DNA from: an uncultured Rikenellaceae bacterium
GTDB lineage: Bacteria > Bacteroidota > Bacteroidia > Bacteroidales > VadinHA17
Direction: 5' to 3'
Length of the DNA stretch: 64,000 bases
Assembly (NCBI GenBank): GCA_964640125.1
Contig: CAZXGG010000009.1
Coordinates: forward strand, 6,398-70,397
The translations under genes were made by a program, and so were the position numbers. Positions 57,233 through 64,000 of the stretch are shown here, in pieces. Every line of letters begins with the position of its first letter. Position 1 is the first letter of the stretch. A model generated the notes under the pieces. The model saw only the letters and a program-made list of their open reading frames with translations, ran no database searches and was not told the DNA's origin.

Positions 57233-59143
57233 ATGAAAACAATCATCACTTTTTTTGAAGAGAGTGTAAACCAATTCGGGGACAATATCTATATGTGGGA
57301 AAAGCGGGATGGTGAGTACCGGGGTTCAACCTACAAGGAGATTCAGGAGCTGGCACAACAATTCGGAGCCGGTCTGATCTCGATGGGGATCAACAAGGAA
57401 GACCGCATAGGTTTGATTTCTGAAGGCTGCAATAATTGGATTATCAGCGAATTAGGCATGCTGTATGCTGGTGCAATAAATGTCCCCCTGTCGGTCAAAC
57501 TGGAGGAACCCTCCGATGTACAATTCAGGCTTGAGCATTCCGGATCAAGAATGGTTATCGCTTCACGAAGTCAGATGAAAAAGATCCGGGCTATAAAATC
57601 AAGCCTCAAGGCACTGGAACTGGTCATTCTCCTTAACCCGGAAAGCGAGTATCAGGAAAAAGAGATCTATTTCGGTGAAGTCATTGAAAAAGGAAAGGCA
57701 TTTCTTGAAAAAGAGCTGGAGACATTTGAGAAACGCAGGAACTCGATTGGAGAAAATGACCTGGCAAACATCTGCTATACTTCCGGTACCACTGCCGATC
57801 CGAAAGGTGTTATGCTTTCCCACCTCAATTACGTTGCCAATGTCGAACAGGGTTATTCACGAATGCACATCCCCTCCTATTACAGGACATTGCTTGTCCT
57901 CGCCTGGGACCATTCCTATGGCCATACTGCCGGCTTGTATGCCTTTATGGGCAAAGGGGCAAGCGTAGCATCGGTTGAAATCGGAAAAAGCCCCATGGAA
58001 ACATTGAAAAATATTCCCATAAACATCAAGGAGATCAGGCCCCATATTTTCATGAGTGTGCCGACCATGGCAAAAAGTTTTCGCAAAGCCATTGAAAAGG
58101 CAATCCGGGCTAAAGGACCATTTACTGAGAAACTGTTTCATCGGGCATTGAAACTGGCGTACAACTATAATCAAGAAGGGTATAACCGTGGAAAGGGAAT
58201 CCAGGCATTGAAAAAACCACTCTATATGCTTTACGATAAGATACTGTTCAAAAAGATCAGGGAGGGGATTGGACTGGACAGGATTGAGTTTATTCTCGGG
58301 GGCGGAGCTCTTCTCGATATTGATTTGCAACGCTTCTTTTATGCTATCGGGACACCCATGCTTCAGGGATATGGCCTCACGGAAGCTGCACCCATCATCT
58401 CGGTAAACGCCATGGACAGACATAAACTGGGATCATCCGGTATCGTGGTGGACAACCTTGATCTGAAAATATGCGATAATGAAGGAAATGCAGTACCGGC
58501 CGGGGAAAAGGGTGAAATCGTTGTGAAAGGACAGAATGTGATGCCAGGGTACTGGAAAAATAAAACTGCAACTGAAGAAACAATAAAAAACGGGTGGTTG
58601 CATACCGGCGATATGGGTTACCTCGATGAGGATGGATTTCTTTATGTACTGGGACGCTTTAAAAGCCTGCTGATTGCCGACGACGGGGAGAAATACAGCC
58701 CGGAAGGGATTGAAGAAGCATTCACCGAACAATCACCCTACATCGAGCAGTGCATGCTCTATAATAACCAGAGCCCCTATACCATTGCACTGGTCGTTAC
58801 CAGTAAGGAAGCATTGAACCGGTATTTGGCAGATCAAAAATTATCCGGTGACACCGAAGAAGGAAAATTGGCTCTTCTTCAGCTTATCCAGGCAGAATTG
58901 AACGAATACCGTACAGGAGGTAAGTTTGGCACAATGTTTCCACAACGTTGGTTGCCGGCAGCCATCGGTGTGCTTGAGGAAGGATTTACGGAAGAGAACC
59001 AGTTGATGAACTCAACCCTGAAAATTGTCAGGGGTAAAATAGCGGAACGGTATGCGGATCTGATTGATTTTCTGTATACACCCGAAGCGAAAAACATAAC
59101 CAACAACCGTAACCTGGAGGCAATAACTTCAATTACAAAATAA
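57233..59143 (+). CDS. AMP-dependent synthetase/ligase (long-chain-fatty-acid-CoA ligase-like)
   Basis: ICYTSGTTADPKGVMLSH, GYGLTEA and TGDMGYLDEDGFLYVLGRFK are present. Confidence 0.88.
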   Translation: MKTIITFFEESVNQFGDNIYMWEKRDGEYRGSTYKEIQELAQQFGAGLISMGINKEDRIGLISEGCNNWIISELGMLYAGAINVPLSVKLEEPSDVQFRLEHSGSRMVIASRSQMKKIRAIKSSLKALELVILLNPESEYQEKEIYFGEVIEKGKAFLEKELETFEKRRNSIGENDLANICYTSGTTADPKGVMLSHLNYVANVEQGYSRMHIPSYYRTLLVLAWDHSYGHTAGLYAFMGKGASVASVEIGKSPMETLKNIPINIKEIRPHIFMSVPTMAKSFRKAIEKAIRAKGPFTEKLFHRALKLAYNYNQEGYNRGKGIQALKKPLYMLYDKILFKKIREGIGLDRIEFILGGGALLDIDLQRFFYAIGTPMLQGYGLTEAAPIISVNAMDRHKLGSSGIVVDNLDLKICDNEGNAVPAGEKGEIVVKGQNVMPGYWKNKTATEETIKNGWLHTGDMGYLDEDGFLYVLGRFKSLLIADDGEKYSPEGIEEAFTEQSPYIEQCMLYNNQSPYTIALVVTSKEALNRYLADQKLSGDTEEGKLALLQLIQAELNEYRTGGKFGTMFPQRWLPAAIGVLEEGFTEENQLMNSTLKIVRGKIAERYADLIDFLYTPEAKNITNNRNLEAITSITK

Positions 59144-59261
59144 TCGGGTAGAGTATATTTATTTTACCTTTCCGCTGAAAAATGATAATTTTGATGATAG
59201 GAAAACAGGATTCCTGTAATTGATTATACAGTTTACACCAAATTTCAAAACAGTTATCTCC

Positions 59262-61262
59262 ATGATGACAAAACCAATTGACAGGTTTGTTTCATTGATT
59301 GCTGCTCTGCTCATAGCGAACCAGACAATCATTGCACAGCCAAAAAGTGAACGGATCGTCCATTATACCATGAAGGTTGCCCTGGATACGGAAGAAAAAA
59401 TCGTGGATGGGAAAATGGATCTGGTGTGGAAAAATCCCTCGAACGACACAATCAATGAGCTGCAGTTCCACATGTACCTGAATGCATTTAAGAATACGGA
59501 ATCCACTTTTATGAAAGAATCCGGTGGCCAGCTAAGGAGGATTAGTGTCAGGGCTTCGGATCCCCTGGTCTGGGGTTGGGTTGATGTTGTTGAAATGCAG
59601 ACAGCCAGTGGTACCGACCTTACTCAGAATATGAGATATATCCAGCCTGATGATGACAATGAAGAGGATCAGTCGGTTATCTCGGTAGCTCTTGAGGAAC
59701 CGGTAATGCCCGGGCAATCCATCAAACTGAAGATCAACTTCAAATCGAAATTACCCAGGGTATTTGCCAGGTCGGGCTATATGGATGATTTCTTCCTGGT
59801 TGCACAATGGTTCCCAAAAATCGGAGTATATGAACCGGAAGGGATGCGATACGCTGAACAGGGGCAATGGAATTGCCACCAGTACCATGCCAACTCGGAA
59901 TTTTACGCCGATTTCGGAGTGTATGAAGTGGAAATCACCTTGCCAAAGGAATTTGTTGTCGGTGCTACAGGGGAACTGAAAAGCCAGCACGATAATACGG
60001 ATGAAACAAAGACACTCACCTACATCGCCGAAGATGTGGTTGATTTCTCATGGACTGCCTCGCCCGATTACCGGGTGGTGGAGGACCAATGGAAAGACGT
60101 TAAAATCATGGTCTTCCTTCAGCCGGACCACCTCCCCCAGGCAGGCAGGCATACGGAATCCGTTAAAGCAGCCCTGGACTATTTTGAAAAACACCTTGGG
60201 AAATATCCCTATTCCACACTCTCCATTGTTGATCCGCCACTGAAGGGCATGGGCGCATCCGGAATGGAATATCCCACCTTCATTACAGCCGGATGCATCT
60301 GGGGTGTCCCCGATTGGATGCGGTTAACGGAAATGGTAACAATCCACGAATTCGGTCATAACTATTTCATGGGAATCCTGGCATCCAACGAATTCGAGGA
60401 GGCATGGATCGATGAAGGATTCAACTCCTACTTTGAAATGCGGATCATGGACGAAACATACGGAGAGAGGCATTCCTTTATGGGATATGAAAAATTTCAT
60501 TATGGCGACTGGGAATACCAGCGCCTGGGTTATACCAGATCCAGCAACCCCAAAATCGCAGAACCATTTAGAAATTCCTGGGAATTCAAGCATGGCGGGT
60601 ACGGGACCATGAGTTACAACAAGACAGCCATCTGGATGGCTACACTGGAAAGAATTGTAGGCCGGCTGACCATGGACGAGATCATGAAAACATTTTACAA
60701 TCGATGGAAGTTTAAACACCCCTGCGGACAGGATTTTATTGATGTGGTAAATGAAGTGGTCACTAAAAATCATGGGACAAAATTTGGCGAGGACATGAAC
60801 TGGTTTTTCGATCAGGTACTCTATGGATCTGAAGTCTGTGACTATAAACTCGCCAGAATAAGCAACAGCAAAACAAAACCACCGGAAGGGATCCATGAAG
60901 AAGGAGGGAATAAAAGGACCTATAAAAACATAGAGTATGAAAGCACCATTTATACATCTTCCGTTCGGGTTCACCGGATTGGAGAAGTGATCATGCCGGT
61001 TGAAGTGCTTATCCATTTTGAAGATGGAGAAGAGATCCTTGAACGATGGAATGGAAAAGAAAGATCCTGTGAATTTACCTATGAAAAACCGGTAAAGGTA
61101 CTGTGGGCTAAAATCGATCCGGAAAATAAGATCCTTCTGGATGTAAACATGATGAACAATAGCCTAACAACCAAACCCAAAAGGGCTGCTCTGTGGAAGA
61201 TAACATTAAAATTCCTCTTCCGGCTCCAAAACACCATGCAGTTTTTCTCAATATTTTCATAA
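59262..61262 (+). CDS. M1 family metallopeptidase, secreted
   Basis: The start is moved to ATG 59262 (MMTKPIDRFVSLIAALLIANQTIIAQ). It has the zinc motif HEFGHNYF plus a downstream WIDEGFNSY. Confidence 0.85.
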   Translation: MMTKPIDRFVSLIAALLIANQTIIAQPKSERIVHYTMKVALDTEEKIVDGKMDLVWKNPSNDTINELQFHMYLNAFKNTESTFMKESGGQLRRISVRASDPLVWGWVDVVEMQTASGTDLTQNMRYIQPDDDNEEDQSVISVALEEPVMPGQSIKLKINFKSKLPRVFARSGYMDDFFLVAQWFPKIGVYEPEGMRYAEQGQWNCHQYHANSEFYADFGVYEVEITLPKEFVVGATGELKSQHDNTDETKTLTYIAEDVVDFSWTASPDYRVVEDQWKDVKIMVFLQPDHLPQAGRHTESVKAALDYFEKHLGKYPYSTLSIVDPPLKGMGASGMEYPTFITAGCIWGVPDWMRLTEMVTIHEFGHNYFMGILASNEFEEAWIDEGFNSYFEMRIMDETYGERHSFMGYEKFHYGDWEYQRLGYTRSSNPKIAEPFRNSWEFKHGGYGTMSYNKTAIWMATLERIVGRLTMDEIMKTFYNRWKFKHPCGQDFIDVVNEVVTKNHGTKFGEDMNWFFDQVLYGSEVCDYKLARISNSKTKPPEGIHEEGGNKRTYKNIEYESTIYTSSVRVHRIGEVIMPVEVLIHFEDGEEILERWNGKERSCEFTYEKPVKVLWAKIDPENKILLDVNMMNNSLTTKPKRAALWKITLKFLFRLQNTMQFFSIFS

Positions 61263-61279
61263 TGTAATTCTTCCCGATC

Positions 61280-62149
61280 ATGAATATCTTCAGAGCATAT
61301 ATCAGCGGATTTAAATCAACCGGCAGGACCTGGGCAATGCCCACGTTTATCTATGTTGTCAACCTGATCCTGGGCATACTATTCGCCATTCCTTTCCTCG
61401 GAACATTAAAACAGAAAGCAGGATTTACAATGTCAATCCAGGATGTGCTATCGGGTTATGACCATACGGTTTTTCAGGAACTCTTCAATGAAGCAAATGT
61501 ATATATCGGACAGTTTATCCGGCAGGGATTATGGATCGCTGTTCTGTTTTTCATCATCAGCATTTTTCTTACCGGTGGGATCCTGCACATCTTTTCTGAT
61601 AAATCCTTTCCCTTTACTTTTGAGCGGTTCTTTTCCGGCAGCCTGAAATTTTTTCTCCGGTTTCTCAAATTAAGTTTTTATATGCTGGTCATATATCTGT
61701 TGTTAACAGCACTTATCTTTCTCATTGTTTTCCTGATCTCGGCCGGAGTATTCAGTGGTACAGGGTCAGAAAAAACACTTTTTTTCATTGTTTTCCCCGG
61801 ATTCTGTTTCTGGCTGCTGGTTATGATCTTTTTTCTGATCATAGCTGATTATGCCCGGTTCTCCATTGTAAGGAGTGATACCAGGAACGTTTTTATTACC
61901 ATTTTCAGATCCCTGAAGTTTGTCTCCAGGAAATTCCCATTCACCTATGGTCTCTACCTGATGCTACTCGTCGCCCCGGTGGCATTGATTTATATCTATA
62001 CCCTGCTCTCAAATGTTATTGGGATGGCATCCGGTAGTACGATCCTGGTGATGTTTCTCATTCAACAGCTGTTCATCTGGGCAAAAGCATTCACACGGGT
62101 CTGGACATTTGCCAGCCAGTTTGATTATTATCTGGGAAGAGCATTTTAA
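61280..62149 (+). CDS. Hypothetical multi-pass membrane protein
   Basis: 289 aa with 6-7 hydrophobic helices. I recognise no motif. Confidence 0.6.
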   Translation: MNIFRAYISGFKSTGRTWAMPTFIYVVNLILGILFAIPFLGTLKQKAGFTMSIQDVLSGYDHTVFQELFNEANVYIGQFIRQGLWIAVLFFIISIFLTGGILHIFSDKSFPFTFERFFSGSLKFFLRFLKLSFYMLVIYLLLTALIFLIVFLISAGVFSGTGSEKTLFFIVFPGFCFWLLVMIFFLIIADYARFSIVRSDTRNVFITIFRSLKFVSRKFPFTYGLYLMLLVAPVALIYIYTLLSNVIGMASGSTILVMFLIQQLFIWAKAFTRVWTFASQFDYYLGRAF

Positions 62150-62176
62150 CGATCATTATACATCTCCTTGCGGATT

Positions 62177-64000
62177 TTGAAAAGAAGATTTTCATATAAG
62201 AAATTAGTGGTAAAGCACCTGGTACGGGTGATTGTAGGACTTCTGGTGTTTTATTCAATGACTGCCTTTACACAGACAGGAAATCCGTTCATCACTAATT
62301 TCAAGCTTCCCGAGGGGGTTGACAACCAGAACTGGGCCATCGTGCAGGATAACTCGGGAGTGATGTTTTTTGCCAACCGGAAGGGAATCCTGGCTTTTGA
62401 CGGACTGGAATGGGATTTTGTCAATCGAAAAGATATTCCCTATTCCCTGATTTATGAGCCGGTTACTGAGCGGGTTTTTGCAGGATGCTACAACAGTTAT
62501 GGGTACCTGGAGAAGAACAACTTTGGCAATTTTGACTACCACGTTATCTCTTCAGAATTTTCAGAGGTGGGAGTGATAACAAAGGTCATTTTTGACGAAT
62601 CGGATCTTTACTTTTACAGTGACCGGACCATCTCAAGGCTTTCCATTCACAATTTTGATGATAAGGAGATCTGGCGTTCGGAAAATAATCATCCGTTTAC
62701 CGGTATGGCACTGTTGCAGGGAAAGGTCTATGTCAACATCAATGGGAAGGGGCTTTATGCTATCGACGGTAATTCATTCATGCCTGTACCCGGCGGTGAT
62801 CTGATCGACCGAAATGAAATCATATTCTCACTTCCGTTTAACCAGGAGCAGACCCTGATCGCAACCGATAACAGCTTTCTGTACCTCTTTAATGGTGATG
62901 AACTGATTGACTATATCATTGATGATGAAGATTACATTATGGAGAGTGTCCTGTGTGGTGGGGTCTCATTAAATGAGGAGGAAATTGCGCTGGCGACACT
63001 TACCGGAGGTTGCCTGATCATCGAGAAGGAATCGGGAGAAACAAAATTTACCCTGAACTACCAGACCGGTCTTCCGGATGATGAGATCTATGCCATCGGA
63101 AAAGACCAATCCAACGGACTCTGGTTATCGCATGAATTTGGCGCTTCACGGATCGATTTTTCAGTTCCGGTATGGAGCTACAGCTCATACCCTGGCCTTG
63201 AAGGAAACCTGATTGCCGTTTTAGATTTTAACAACACAATCTATGTTGCTACCAGTGAGGGTGTTTACTTCCTGAATGAAGTGACGGATTACAAGGAAAT
63301 AGAAGTCCTGGTAAAGAAGAGAGAGCCTCTGGAACCGCTTGATGTGCGCAAAACAAGGCAACCTGCAAGACAACAATATACTCCATCAGTGGTTGAGCGG
63401 GAGTCACAACAGGCTGAAGCTGAGCCGGAACAGGAAGAAGAATCCAAAAAGGGATTTTTCTCAAGATTGTTCAGAAAAAAAGGAGAAGAGGAACAGGAAA
63501 CAGAAGATACAGTGATGAGGCAATCCCCGGATATCCTGCCCGCTGTCGAAGAACCTGAGGAAGAACCTCCCCCGGTTACCATATCCACAATACAAAATGA
63601 ATCCGTTCCGGTCTATACAACAAAGCGGACCTATGCGATTCAGTCGATCAGTCATAAGTTTACAAAAATTAATAACCTGGATGATAAATGCAGACAACTG
63701 GTCAGGTTCCGGGATCAGATCCTGGTGGCTACAAATACCGGATTGTACCGCATACAAAATAACGAGGTGAAATTTATTGCCACCTATACCTATATTCATT
63801 ACATCCTTCCCTCACAGCACATCCCGGGACTCTTTTACGTGGGAACACCGGAAGGGGCTTTTACGGTAAAATTCATACAGGGTGAGTGGGAAGTGAACAG
63901 GAATTTCTTTCCCTGGGATGAACCGGTCTATTCCATCTTTGAAACCACTGAGGGAATCTGGTTAGGATCTGAAACGAAAGTGTTCAGACTCTCCTACCCT
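62177..64000 (+). CDS. Reg_prop/beta-propeller sensor-like protein, N-terminal part (continues beyond window end)
   Basis: Not in the ORF track because there is no stop in the window. The frame is open from 62150 to 64000. Candidate starts are TTG 62177, GTG 62207 and ATG 62258, with a signal-like segment KKLVVKHLVRVIVGLLVFYSMTAFTQ. Propeller-like blades are VMFFANRKGILAFDG, LWLSHEFGASRIDF, IYVATSEGVYFLN, ILVATNTGLYRIQ and IWLGSETKVFRL. Confidence 0.7.
   Translation, partial: MKRRFSYKKLVVKHLVRVIVGLLVFYSMTAFTQTGNPFITNFKLPEGVDNQNWAIVQDNSGVMFFANRKGILAFDGLEWDFVNRKDIPYSLIYEPVTERVFAGCYNSYGYLEKNNFGNFDYHVISSEFSEVGVITKVIFDESDLYFYSDRTISRLSIHNFDDKEIWRSENNHPFTGMALLQGKVYVNINGKGLYAIDGNSFMPVPGGDLIDRNEIIFSLPFNQEQTLIATDNSFLYLFNGDELIDYIIDDEDYIMESVLCGGVSLNEEEIALATLTGGCLIIEKESGETKFTLNYQTGLPDDEIYAIGKDQSNGLWLSHEFGASRIDFSVPVWSYSSYPGLEGNLIAVLDFNNTIYVATSEGVYFLNEVTDYKEIEVLVKKREPLEPLDVRKTRQPARQQYTPSVVERESQQAEAEPEQEEESKKGFFSRLFRKKGEEEQETEDTVMRQSPDILPAVEEPEEEPPPVTISTIQNESVPVYTTKRTYAIQSISHKFTKINNLDDKCRQLVRFRDQILVATNTGLYRIQNNEVKFIATYTYIHYILPSQHIPGLFYVGTPEGAFTVKFIQGEWEVNRNFFPWDEPVYSIFETTEGIWLGSETKVFRLSYP

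Noticed and set aside
57857-58423. 188-aa ORF antisense to the acyl-CoA ligase gene. The same applies to 27133-27648 opposite the antiporter and 51656-52129 opposite relA/spoT.
   Set aside because: All of them are embedded opposite genes with strong family motifs, and none has motifs of its own.
60324-61016. 230-aa ORF antisense to the M1 peptidase gene.
   Set aside because: The plus-strand frame carries HEFGHNYF and WIDEGFNSY, the M1 zinc site. The antisense translation is Cys/His/Phe-rich nonsense.

Overview
The window is a 64-kb chromosomal segment that looks like Bacteroidota. Supporting signs are a T9SS type-B sorting-domain protein, TPR-SpoIIE and Reg_prop sensor proteins, many lipobox proteins, a GxxExxY cassette and a TAnnTTTG-type promoter element. 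I call about 46 protein genes. I saw no rRNA, tRNA, CRISPR array, transposase or integrase by eye.

Two genes run off the window edges and are therefore missing from the ORF track: mutS2 (1-1645, minus strand) and a Reg_prop sensor-like protein (62177-64000, plus strand).

Most of the content is ordinary housekeeping or envelope genes:
- tsaD and tamB
- an nhaD-like antiporter
- exbB, exbD and tonB
- a heavy-metal-type RND efflux operon
- glyA
- two ClC channels
- an M16 peptidase pair
- relA/spoT, fur and purA
- an acyl-CoA ligase and an M1 peptidase

Observations worth a second look:
1. A tightly packed six-gene operon (4752-12811) in which every product is exported or membrane-bound. It encodes an output-less CHASE2 protein, a FecR/DUF928-like protein, a stand-alone beta-propeller lipoprotein, two paralogous outer-membrane barrels and a TPR-CHAT caspase-fold protease lipoprotein. 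It is transcribed divergently from a TPR-SpoIIE (PP2C) sensor phosphatase. This is my best candidate for an undescribed envelope signalling or proteolysis system.
2. An 805-bp ORF-free, hairpin-dense island built from short repeated words (12812-13616). It shares an exact 23-mer with a MITE-like element at 1871-2103.
3. An exact 24-bp palindrome-containing site present in front of two adjacent transcription units that flank a small winged-helix regulator (13582 and 14568).
4. A GxxExxY (PD-(D/E)XK-like) gene bracketed by inverted CGCAAAG-word arrays, sitting between two tandem ClC paralogs.
5. An orphan SiaC/DUF1987-like phosphoprotein, about 15 kb from the only PP2C phosphatase in the window.

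All domain calls come from motif recognition by eye. No database searches or numerical calculations were run.
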